Shown: positions 1-11,677 of the stretch, piece by piece | How the letters are laid out: the number at the start of each line of letters is the position of its first letter | How positions within the stretch are numbered: the first letter of the stretch is position 1 | Assembly: GCF_006345805.1 (NCBI RefSeq) | Contig: NC_042997.1 | Coordinates: 160,580,001 to 160,644,000 of the forward strand | Source of the DNA: Octopus sinensis | Lineage: Eukaryota | Direction of reading: 5' to 3' | Length of the DNA: 64,000 bases | Translations under genes and position numbers: made by a program | Notes under the pieces: generated by a model | Seen by the model: only the letters and a program-made list of their open reading frames with translations | What the model was told of the DNA's origin: nothing | Database searches by the model: none

Positions 1-598
1 GGGATTAATTAAAACGTGTAAAACACTTCAGTCGATAGTTCAAGGTCCATTAAAGAACCATTTGGCTCATATGCAGCGACAAACGTCTTGTTAATAATCT
101 TCCTATCAAATGAGCAATACTTTACTGGAAGTTTATCAATCAGCTGTAGTTCGAAATCAAATAAAAATACATCAAAGCCACAGTGTCTTATACCGAAGTT
201 GTCAAGACATGTAATCGTAAATGTATCATGTAAGAAATAAGGTTTCTGATAAATGTTACAATTATTAGAAATCGCAGAGTAAAAGAAAACGATACAGAAG
301 GGAATCTTTTATAGTAAATTAGAGATGCTTGAGGTAAGAGCAATAGTCAGGATATTCGTAAGGTAGAAAGGTTGTACGATTACGCTTTAATGATGCAGTA
401 ACCTGTCTCTATACACGTTGATTGAGAGGTGAAATGTATTATCATTAATGAGTCCAACACCAGCTCAGGAGTATTCATTTCTAACTTTGGTGCATGTACT
501 ATCGACTCGTCACAATGTTTGAATTTTGATGAATGAGAGATTGTAAAATCCTAATAACTCTACGCATAGGAGATTTAGAGAGTGCACTCGACAAGAAA

Positions 599-707
599 AT
601 GCTAGAAATAGTTATCATGCATCTAAAAACAAAACTAGAGGTGAAGTGTATATTGATCCTACTTGCAAGTGTACAGTTATAAATTAGTCTCAATTGAGGT
701 GTACTGG
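599..707 (+). other. Candidate signal-peptide exon of the lectin, interrupted by two in-frame stops
   Basis: MLEIVIMHLKTKLEVKCILILLASVQL*ISLN*GVL-G|gtaag. Phase-1 donor at 708 and a 118-nt GT-AG intron join in frame to 826 to give GVLA-ECPT. TAA at 680-682, TGA at 695-697. Same at 49418-49526. Confidence 0.4.
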
Positions 708-825
708 GTAAGAGGATATATTTCTCAATTAATTAATAGTTTAATTAAAATTACCATAAAATTACCATAGTTATCTTTTCCAAATGAACTAATACATGAA
801 ACATATTTTACTTGTCTTCCTAAAG

Positions 826-999
826 CTGAATGTCCAACGTCAGCCGGCTACACTTACCAACCAGAACTGAAATTATGCTTTCGAATAGGTGAGAAAAAAA
901 TTACATGGAATAAAGCTGCAGCCGTTTGTAACAAAGATCGAGGACAACTTATCCACATAAAAAATCTACAAATAATGGAGTACCTACTAAACGAATTCA
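826..999 (+). CDS. C-type lectin gene copy 1, exon encoding N-terminal half of the CTLD
   Basis: AG acceptor at 824-825 after a pyrimidine tract, GTGCGT donor at 1000. Manual translation (phase 1): ECPTSAGYTYQPELKLCFRIGEKKITWNKAAAVCNKDRGQLIHIKNLQIMEYLLNEF, matching the long-form CTLD start (C..C F, W..A...C, L..I). Not in the ORF track. Confidence 0.9.
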
Positions 1000-1075
1000 G
1001 TGCGTAACAACTTAATACCTTATTCAAACCACAAACATAACACGCTCTCTCTTTCTTTGTCTCTCTGTGTTTGTT

Positions 1076-1144
<69 letters not shown>

Positions 1145-1475
1145 ACTCAAACACGCACACGCATACTCACGCATACACGAAATATATCTAATATTATAAA
1201 TTATAACTGCTTAATAACATTTTGAATTTAAATTTTTTACCAGTTTGCAAATTACTTTCCGTTTTTCTTCTAATTTTTCTTTTTGTACTTTCTATTCTGA
1301 TTATTTCTCTTGCGATGAGAAAATACAGAAGTTTTAGAAAGATATCGGATGCAATCATTTAATTTCATACACGTATATGTAAAGAATTACACTTTATTGT
1401 TATTTATTGTAAATTAGCTACAAAAGAAAATGGCTTTGCCTATAAAAAAATTACTTCAGTAAAGATTTATTTTAG

Positions 1476-1745
1476 ACTAGCAGAGATACACGGCGTTGCT
1501 CGTGATTAAAATGACATAGTATTTTATTGTTTTACTTGTTTCGGTCATGTGACTGCGGTCATGCTGGTGAACCGCCTTTAGTAGAAGAAATCAAACCCAG
1601 AATTTATTCTTTGTAAGCCTAGTCGTTATTCTATCGGATTATTTTGCCAAAAGGCTAAGTAAACAAAAGGTAAACACAGCAACATCGGTTATCAAGCGAT
1701 GGCGGGTGTCCAAACACAGACTCAGACACATATAAATACACACAC
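1476..1745 (-). mobile_element. SINE 3' half with a Helitron-like hairpin cap
   Basis: ACTAGCAGAGATACACGGCGTTGCTCGTG cap followed by TGTTTCGGTCATGTGACTGCGGTCATGCTGG...CATCGGTTATCAAGCGATG, the reverse orientation of the repeat at 8190-8340. Duplicate at ~50295-50563. Confidence 0.7.
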
Positions 1746-2501
1746 AAATACATGAATATACATTTATATATTTCATTTTTAGATTTGGTATATATATATA
1801 TATATATTTATATTATATATATATACATGTATATAATATATACGCATGTATATATAAATATATAAATGCATATAAATATATATGTATATATATACATATA
1901 TATATACATATTTGAATAAAATCTGTTGGGTAGTTCTCGAATGTTAGTGATGTGCTCGCGCACACACATATATACGCACACACACACACACACACACACG
2001 TTCTCAGTTTTATATATGTAGATGTTCTGTTAGCTATACATACAAATTTGAAAAGGAAGTTGAAACGAAGACAATATTTTGTTATAAATCGTATTGTTAT
2101 TAGCTCTTGAACGTAATTTCTTTTGAATCAATGTTTTAGTAGTATGGATTACCTTTTGAACTTCCCCCTCTTCACTATTGACAACGAGAGCTGGAGCATG
2201 TCGAGTTAGATCACTGAGTTACCTTATTACAGACACGTTACTGACAATATTGATTGATATTCACAACGAAATAAATCCATTATGAACATTGATTTTGGTC
2301 TTAATCAACGCCTATGCTTATAGTGGAGCGCTAGAGTCGATTGAATTGATCAACGAATTCGTTTGAGTCATCCTATCAAACTCCAATGACATGAAAGCTT
2401 AAGTACGCTTACTTTTGAATTTATATGCAGACGAAATAAATGATTTAACTGCTACATTGTCAGTTCAATAACCTTCAATAGAAAATAATTTGCTCTTTTT
2501 G

Positions 2502-2535
<34 letters not shown>

Positions 2536-2538
<3 letters not shown>

Positions 2539-2790
2539 CAGAGATACCCAGCGTTGCTCGGGATTAAAGTGGCATAGTTTTTTTATTATTTTAATTGTTT
2601 CGGTCATGTAAATGCGGCCATTCTGGTGCGCACCGCCTTTAGTCGAAGAAATCAACCCCAGGATTTATTCTTTGTAAGCCCATTACTTATTCTATCGGTT
2701 TGTTTTGCCAAACGTCTAAGTTACGGGGCCATAAATACAATAACATCGGTTGTCAAGCGATGCAGGGGTACAAACACATACACACACACA
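2536..2790 (-). mobile_element. Second, diverged copy of the capped SINE half
   Basis: TAGCAGAGATACCCAGCGTTGCTCGGG cap plus the same body as 1476-1745, 1060 bp downstream. Duplicate at ~51355-51609. Confidence 0.7.
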
Positions 2791-2889
2791 CACATATATA
2801 TATAATATATATAATATATATACATATATAAATATATACATACATATATATAAATGTATATATACATATATATACATGTATATACATAC

Positions 2890-2942
<53 letters not shown>

Positions 2943-2946
2943 TGTA

Positions 2947-3020
<74 letters not shown>

Positions 3021-3064
3021 ATATATATATATATATATTATATATATATATATATATATAAACG

Positions 3065-3194
3065 GTACCAGGTTGACCAACATTTACTTGTTCTGACCAT
3101 GTAGACGTAAGGTATTATTATTGTTAACTGATATTTTTTCCTATCATGTCTGTAATAGATTTGTGACTATTCAGTGGTACGGAAGTATTTTTCG

Positions 3195-3235
<41 letters not shown>

Positions 3236-3703
3236 TATAATATATATATATATATACAATATTAGATATGTACATATATATACAAGGGTACTACATGAGT
3301 ACCTATATCGCTAAAAAATAGAAGTCAAAAAATACTTTTGTATCACTGAATAGTCACAAATCTATTACAGATATGATAGGAAAAAATATCAGTGTACAAT
3401 AATGTCTTATCTGTACAGGAGCTGAACAAACATATGCTGGTCAACCTGGTACAGGTTTCGAAATTTAGCGCCACATAGGAGCGCGATTTCTTACCAGTAA
3501 TTTAGCTGGCAGACTTGGCTGATGAGAAATCGGGCAGCTATTTGGCGCTAAATTTCTAAACCAGTACCAGGTTGACCAGCATTTACTTGTTCTGACCATG
3601 TAGACGTAAGGTATTATTATTGTTAACTGATATTTTTTCCTATCATGTCTGTAATAGATTGTGACTATTCAGTGGTACGGAAGTATTTTTCGATTATATA
3701 TAT

Positions 3704-3760
<57 letters not shown>

Positions 3761-4257
3761 CAATATTAGATATGTACATATATATACAAGGGTACTACAT
3801 GAGTACCTATATCGCTAAAAAATAGAAGTCAAAAAATACTTTTGTATCACTGAATAGTCACAAATCTATTACAGATATGATAGGAAAAAATATCAGTGTA
3901 CAATAATGTCTTATCTGTACAGGAGCTGAACAAACATATGCTGGTCAACCTGGTACAGGTTTCGAAATTTAGCGCCACATAGGAGCGCGATTTCTTACCA
4001 GTAATTTAGCTGGCAGACTTTGGCTGATGAGAAATCGGGCAGCTATTTGGCGCTAAATTTCTAAACCAGTACCAGGTTGACCAGCATTTACTTGTTCTGA
4101 CCATGTAGACGTAAGGTATATTATTGTTAACTGATATTTTTTCCTATCATGTCTGTAATAGATTTGTGACTATTCAGTGGTACGAAAGTATTTTTCGACA
4201 TCGATTTTTAGTGATATAGTTATACTTGTGTATATATGTACATATCTAATATTGTAT
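3065..4257. repeat. Tandem array (~500-bp period) of a palindromic MITE-like unit in (TA)n
   Basis: GTACCAGGTTGACC... arm at 3065, 3564 and 4069 alternates with its reverse complement. The ~110-bp spacer is itself bounded by GAAATTTAGCGCCA/TGGCGCTAAATTTC. Confidence 0.9.
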
Positions 4258-4356
4258 GTATATATCTTATTAATTTGACTGTACGGCTGATAATTCGCTT
4301 ACCACTCGTGGTGGTATTTTAATAATATCATCCTATATAATTATGTATATATATGT

Positions 4357-4445
<89 letters not shown>

Positions 4446-4479
4446 TAGCATTCATAGAAATAGAATCCCTAGAAACAGG

Positions 4480-6555
4480 AAATTCCTTATGAGACACAGA
4501 ACAAAAGTCTCAAACCAGGTCAATAGAGAACTGAAGTATAGTGAAAGGTTAAATTAAGACAGACATTGCTGGAAATTAAAAGCAAAATTAAACTCTCCCA
4601 TGAAAAGGAAAGAGCAGAGAAGGAGAAGAGAAGTGAGCTGTAGAAAGCATAAAAACATACTTCAAGGCTTTCTATACATTTTCAAAGTATATTGCCGCAG
4701 TACAGTACAAAATAGAACCCCTGTTTCAATGGAATGACTCACTGACTGCGGACCCCAGAAGGATTAGTGTGAAGTGCTCAGTGTACATTTTAAAAGTGTT
4801 TTCACTTCTCCACTGGGTCATATTCTGATAAAAAAAAACAGCTGATTTCTTTGACCAGGCAACTCTGTAGGTAAATGCGGTAGCCATCAACTACATTGAC
4901 ATTGATGAGTGGCCATACACGAAATGATCTCAACCTCAGCAGCCGGCTCCGATGGTCTCCCGGCTATTCTCTTAAAGTCATGTAATTAGCGGGACCACTT
5001 CGGATACTTTTCCAGAGTTTCGTTGCAAGTGATAAACTTCCCAAAAAGCTAAAAGAAGGCTTCATATGCCCTATTCATAAAGGTGAAAGCAGAGCAGAGG
5101 CTAAAAACTACAGACCTATCTCTCTGACTTCACGTATCAGCAAAGTTATGGATCGAATCTTCAGAAAGAAACTAATTACATTCCTAGAAGAAAATGACTT
5201 GTTGAACGATACTCAGCATGGAGTCCGTCCAGGCAGAAGCTGCCTCATTCAGCACTTACGGCATTATGACTGGGTCCTAACGTCGATGTGATATATCTTG
5301 ACTTTACAAAGGCCTTCGACAAAGCTGATCATGGCATGATATGTCACAAGCTTGGTATATCTGGTAAACTAGGAGAGAAGCTGCACGACTTCCTAAACAA
5401 TGGACGTCATGCAGTTGCAGCCAACGGTGCACTGTCTAGGGAAACACAAATTTCGAGTGGTGTTCCTCAGAGAACTGTCTTAGGGCCATTACTGTTTATA
5501 GTAGCCCTCAGACATGCCCAGAATCACTCAGACAGCCACTGTCACTAGCTACGCTGATGATACAAAATTATCACAGGCAATAAAGTATGCTAATGATGTC
5601 GTAAACCTACAGAACAACCTAAATGCAATATGCAAGTGGGCAGATCAAGGCAATATGCAAGTCAATGCTGAAAGATTTCAAGCACTGCGCTATGTGATCA
5701 CAAATGCTACACAACCTGCATTACAGGACCTGCAGCTACTGCAATTCCAGAATCACAAACAGTGAGAGACCTGGGCATCAGTTTGTGTAATGATGCATCA
5801 TTTCACATGAACATTACCAAGTTGGCAGCAACGTGCAGACGACTGGCGGGATAGATACTAAGGACATTCAGAACAAGAGATCAGGAGGTCATGCTGATGC
5901 TATGGAAGAACTTTGTCCTCATCCGCCTAGACTAGTGCTCTCAGTTGCAGTCACCACACAGTGTCAAGCTAACAACGAAGCTTGAAGTAATCAAGATCCA
6001 CTACAATAAAAAGATTGCTACAGCCCAACAGATGAAATACAGGGAGTGGTTGAAAGAACTACGACTCTACTCCCTAAAGCGCAGACGTGAGACATGTAAT
6101 AACTTACATGTGGAAAATAATAGAAGGACTAGTACCCAATTTTGACATCAGGTGTTATATGAATGCTTGTACTGGACGCCAATGCATCTAACATAAGAAC
6201 CAGGTACTGCAATAGCCTAGGGTTCAGAGGACCACAGCTCTTCAATGCTATACCAAAATAATTGTGAAACGTACACGATATAGATGAGCAAGTCTTCAGA
6301 AAGAAACTGGGCAATCTTCATTCCCCAATACCGGACGAACCAATGGCTCGACATGAGGTACTGTTGAGGGCAGCAGGTTCAAATTCTATCATACACCAGA
6401 CGGACCATGGAATATGTTGATGGGATCGCATTAGTCGGAGGAGAGGAACCACGGAAAGATTGAGGGGAGGGTGCAAAAGTAAAGAGTGAAAAACCATGGT
6501 GGTGCTCCACAATGAAAACAGCCACCTCGCCGAAACATATAAAAGACTAAATAAT
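4480..6555 (+). mobile_element. Degenerate CR1/Jockey-group LINE (RT and 3' end) in lectin intron
   Basis: Fragments PIHKGESRAEAKNYRPISLTS, YLDFTKAFDKADHG, SGVPQRTVLGPLLF and YADDTKL with frameshifts and stops. Duplicate at ~52795-54863. Confidence 0.88.
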
Positions 6556-6585
6556 GAAAGAATATATATATATATAATATATATA

Positions 6586-6631
<46 letters not shown>

Positions 6632-6895
6632 ATATATATATATATAACAGTTCCAGCATGGAAGGTGTTTATAACCCATTAAGAAACACACAAAACTTGG
6701 TGCTGCACGAAGTTTTGTCAGTGAACAGGTCGCGGTCTCAAAGCGATGAAAATATTTTGACAAATTAAATTTAAATGTTGAAGCGAATCTAACGGTTTTG
6801 TGTGTTTCTTAAACGGCTTATAAACACCTTCCACGCTGCAATTGTTTTCGTTCCAGCACACGATCTCAGATCAAGTCACTCGCTATGCAAGTACA

Positions 6896-6943
<48 letters not shown>

Positions 6944-6967
6944 TATATATTATATATATATATATAG

Positions 6968-7000
<33 letters not shown>

Positions 7001-8189
7001 GTATATTTACATATATACATATATATATACATACATAAATAAATAAATATATATATATTTACATATACATACATATATACATGCATATACAAATATACAC
7101 ACACACACACGCACGCACACATATATATATATATGTACATATATATATATATATATACATATACATACCTCTATACATATACATAAATACATCTATATAT
7201 ACGTATATATATATATTTATGCATACATATATGTGTGCAGATGTATATATATTCATATATACATGCATCGATATATGCATACATGTATACATGTTTTCCA
7301 TTTGCTTCTCTCGTTCATGCATTCAACTCTTTTGTTTTCGTATTTCAAGTTGTTTACGATTTATGACGTCCTGTACCCATATATGCATATGTGTGTGTCT
7401 GGGTGTGTGTATGTATGTACATCTACACAAATATATATATGTATATATATACATATGTATTCATGCAATTATACATATATATGTATATATATGTGCGTGT
7501 GTATGTATGTATATATGTATGTATGTATATACACATGTATTCATGCATTCATACATATATATGTATATATATATATATGTGCATGTGTATGTATGTATGT
7601 ATATATGTATGTATGCATGTATATATGTAAGTGAGATAATAGTTTCAGTATTGATAGTTTCACTATGTGTAAATTATATACAGTGTGTAAGAATTAATAG
7701 TGAAAGTATTAAAACGGAAAGTATTATCTCACATTACAATAAAGATGCTTTTGTTTCACTTTTGACACGTTATTTACCGAAATAGTGTAAGAGATAAGAT
7801 ATTGCTCCGGGCTGGCATTAGGTAAGAAGTTGAAACTTTTGGGAAACCACGACACTGCATGGATCCTAAGTAAGTCATGTGTAAAATTTGAATAAAATCT
7901 GAATAAAATCGGTAGGGTATTTCTCGAGTTTAGTGATACACACACACACACATACACACATTCTAAGTTTTATATATATTGATGATGAACATAAAAACAT
8001 GGGACGCGTAAAAATACTTCTTTAATGTTGCTAAATTCTTTTGGCCACCACGATCGAGGAAGTGATTTCAGTATTTAGCTTACTGAAGTAAATAACCAGA
8101 AATAAAATTTGAATAAGTATATATTGTCGGATATTATTCATCGAAGAGCTCGTAATCATATCTAAGATAGGCACAAAATCTGAAAACGA

Positions 8190-8340
8190 GGTGTTTACGT
8201 CCCCACAACTTAGCGGTTAGGCAAAAGAGACCGATAGAATTACTAGTAGGCTAACAAAGAATAAGTCCTGGGGTCGATCTTTTCGACTAAAGGCGGTGCT
8301 CCAGTATGGCCGCAGTCAAATGACTGAAACAAGTAAAAGA
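8190..8340 (+). mobile_element. SINE 3' half (octopus-type)
   Basis: GTTTACGTCCCCACAACTTAGCGGTT...AAGGCGGTGCTCCAGTATGGCCGCAGTCAAATGACTGAAACAAGTAAAAG, reverse complement of the 1540-1700 family. Duplicate at ~56486-56636. Confidence 0.75.
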
Positions 8341-8352
8341 AAGAAAAAAAGG

Positions 8353-8627
8353 TACTATATATTTATTCTTCACACGTGTATTATTGTCTTTATTTTATCT
8401 TATGTCCATGAAATTTTTCGTCACACATCTGTAACATCTTCAGCGCCCCTTTCCACTCACGTGTATCCTCCTGCTCCGCCTAGTCCAGAGAATGGACTAA
8501 GCAGAGCAGGAGGATACACGTGGATGGAAAAATTCGCTGATCAGGTCACAGATATGTGACGAAAGATTTCATGGACATAAAATAAAATAAGAACAGTAAT
8601 AAACGAGGGAAGAACGAATATACAGTG
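8353..8627. repeat. ~275-bp imperfect palindrome carrying two hammerhead-like cores
   Basis: 8353-8476 is the reverse complement of 8505-8627, with a central TAGTCCA-GAGAA-TGGACTA hairpin. Duplicate at ~56649-56923. Confidence 0.85.
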
Positions 8628-9129
8628 CGTGTGTTTATTTGGCAAAAAATGACCGTTCCGAAATATAACATTTAAAGAGTAAAAAAGAATAATTGGAAGT
8701 ATAATTATAACAGTAAATGTTTGTTGTTAATAACTTGCTGCTTTAACTATCCTAACATTCATACTTACATTTCTCTTAAGTCATGTATTTCGAGAAAAAC
8801 CTGAAGAACTGAACTTTTTATTTTCTGGCACTTTAGTATGTGATTTTGTCCTTAAGATTGTCAAATACAATATTTCTCGAGACATCAGTGTAGTTCGACT
8901 GGCTAGAATGAATAGTTAAATTATCTTTACTTCACAGCTACCGTAACAAGAAAAGAAGACCTAGTGTAGATAATGATGTACTAAAAGACCGACGGTGTCG
9001 TGATTGAGATACCTTACTTATTAATTCATCGCTTTGTTCGGGGCAGGCCTAATGCTAAACAACTACTGTTCCCCTAGTACATTCTCTGTCTGCTTCCTCA
9101 TTATTGCAATCAGAATTCTTCCAAACACA

Positions 9130-9856
9130 GGAGTAAGATAATTGGAGTTGTGTAAGATATACTGAGAGATAAGAGGTTGAGTATGAAAGCGAAAAGAGGT
9201 GTGTGTGAGGGTGTGATTGTACCGACAATGTTATATGGTGCATAAATGTAGGGTCTGAGAGTGGAAGAAAGGAGGCGACTGGATGTGTTTGAGGTGAGAT
9301 GTTTGAGGGCTATGAGTGGTTTGACACGGATGGACAGCATGAGGAATGAGGAAGTGCGAAGGCGAACAGGAATGAAAAAACATTTACGTACCAGAATGGA
9401 TAGATGAATGTTGAGGTGGTTTGGCTACATGGAGAGGTTAAATAAGGAGTGGATAGTAGGGAGAGTGATGAATGAAGAAGTGGTAGGCAGCGGAATCGGA
9501 GGCAGACCTCGGTTTGTGTGGATGTCCATTAGACAGTGAGGAAAGCTTTAGTGGTTAGAGGTGTTAGAGTGAGAGAAGCAAGAGAGTTTATTAATGATAA
9601 GAAAGCTTGGAGAGTGTTGTGGACGGATGAGTGAATTGATGTTGCTCAAAGGGATTCAGAATCAGCATGATGCGGTGGGAGTAAACCAGCATAAACTATC
9701 GGACCCCGCTGCTGATATCGGGGGTTTGCTTTCTATGGCTTGACCCGAAGATAGGACGGGACTTGCCTCTTTGTGTTGGGAATGAATGGAATACCTGGTG
9801 TGTGCTTGTTGCGGCTACTCCTCCTATGGGGAGTGTAGGCCTGGGTAGATAAATAA
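9130..9856 (+). mobile_element. RTE-clade LINE 3' fragment with 3' UTR
   Basis: Manual translation ..VIVPTMLYGA*M*GLRVEERRRLDVFEVRCLRAMSGLTRMDSMRNEEVRRRTG..MLRWFGYMERL..GGRPRFVWM, the RTE RT C-terminal signature. Duplicate at ~57426-58155. Confidence 0.85.
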
Positions 9857-11324
9857 AACTATTATTTTGCATAGAATATTGGGTTTCGTTTTCATTTTAT
9901 GCAAACTGTAAAATTTAACCCGAACAGCTTGTATACTGATTTCTATTATTTGCTCAAAGCTCAAAGATTTGGGTTGGAAAAGTCAATGAAATCGACCCTT
10001 GTAGAATACTTATTTTATCGAAATCTAAAGCCTAATGTATCAGCAATATCTGAACTCTGATGTAAAACGTCGTGGTTTATGGGTGTAAGTCTTTGTTTTT
10101 CACCCCGTCTTTTTCTACTCTGATTTTGCAAATTATATATTTTCTATACTTTGGTTATTAACAGATTATGAAACAACAATATATATTATATATGTAGGTA
10201 CTGGGTGCAGCGATGCACCGATAGCCAGCTAATGGAAGTTCTGTCTGGGGTTAAACTAGCAGTAACATGGAGCAGCCACTTTGATGTGGCGATTAACTTT
10301 ACTTGTTGCTATAGTTACTACACTGATCTCTTCTTGAGATTTTACAACTTGCTCCTTTGCTTGTTGCTAGTCAGTCACCAATGGTCGCTTTGTTTACAAT
10401 ATATTGCTACCTGGAGAGGACCCTGGCAGTCTCACTCGCGACCAGGTTACTCGCGACTCAAGATGAGCCAAACAGCTCGAAACTGAGTCTTTCTCACTAT
10501 CCTGTTGTCAGCTAGAAGATGGTAGGGGTTTGCTCCCCACTGCTAGTAATATACATATAAGGTACAGGGTGCAGTACTGTACCGATAATCAGCTGGCGGA
10601 AGATCTATCTTAGATTAAACTAGTATTTACATGAAGTAGCCACTTTGATGTGGCGACAAACTTTTCTTGTTAAGGAATTTTTCTTTCAGTGTAACTGCAC
10701 TATAATGACTGTATCGGTATACATGAATGATCGGGCTGCTAGTTTTATTTTAGGTGAAGCAGGTTGTTACGTTTACATTTACATTAGAAGCATGGAAGTG
10801 TTTTTTTTTTCTGAAAAGAGAAACCACACTGTAGGCATTGTTTTAGCCAATTATGCTGATTTTATAACTATTATCAATCCAAGATGCATTGTATTAGATT
10901 CAATACGATAGTCCATTATATTTTCAAGTGTTAGGTACCTTTGTACGTAAGTATGTTTGTATATATAGGTTTTATTTTAAAACAGAGATGGTAGCGTGCA
11001 TTACATTGCGCCACGTTTCAAAATATTTAGTTATTACTATACTACCCTAAAAACATGGGGCTTACTAGCGGATCATATGCGGGGTTTAAGTGTGTTGTAG
11101 GACAGTAGGTGAAATTATCTAAACTGAGTGTTCATTTGACCTGGTTCGAACTGCATAATAGAGTCCAGAATGCACATGATGTCATGGCTGATCACGGCTA
11201 AGTTTGGACTTAACAACAATAGTAACAAGATTATCAAGAAGATATAATAAAGGTCAAACGTACATCGAATAATAAGTTTTTGAAAACTGATTCTTTATCT
11301 GTATGTTTTACGTTTGTTTTTCAG

Positions 11325-11563
11325 AAAAGTGGCCAGAGGAACATTACTATTTTGGATTATGTAAAGATATTAAAAAGAACGCCTTTGTATGGCAGAATGG
11401 AGAAGCGCTTACGTTTTCATACTGGATGGAAAAGAGACCTGACAATCTTACTGGCAATCAGAATTGTGGATGTTTAGACCTAAAAGGGAATCACAAGTGG
11501 AATGATGTTCGTTGTAACGTCAACGGACAGGCGAAACATATATGCGAGATAGTCTTACGATAA
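11325..11563 (+). CDS. C-type lectin gene copy 1, terminal exon (C-terminal half of CTLD)
   Basis: TTTGTTTTTCAG acceptor at 11313-11324; phase 1 matches the donor at 999/1000. Encodes KWPEEHYYFGLCKDIKKNAFVWQNGEALTFSYWMEKRPDNLTGNQNCGCLDLKGNHKWNDVRCNVNGQAKHICEIVLR* with WIGL-like YFGL, W.NG, WND and closing C..IC motifs. Confidence 0.92.
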
Positions 11564-11604
11564 ATGTGTAGCTGAAATAGCGGTAATTACACACACACAC
11601 ATCA

Positions 11605-11677
<73 letters not shown>

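Noticed and set aside
2750-3104. Many ORF-track calls rich in IY/YI, CV, TH, poly-I/L/Y/N/H/M across the window
   Set aside because: They are translations of TA, CA, TAA and GAT microsatellites, with no coding signal.
3065-4257. CRISPR-like repeat-spacer appearance
   Set aside because: The spacers are identical, the period is ~500 bp and the context is eukaryotic.
8296-8559. 87-aa ORF (also 56592-56855)
   Set aside because: It spans a SINE end and a palindrome; no domain.
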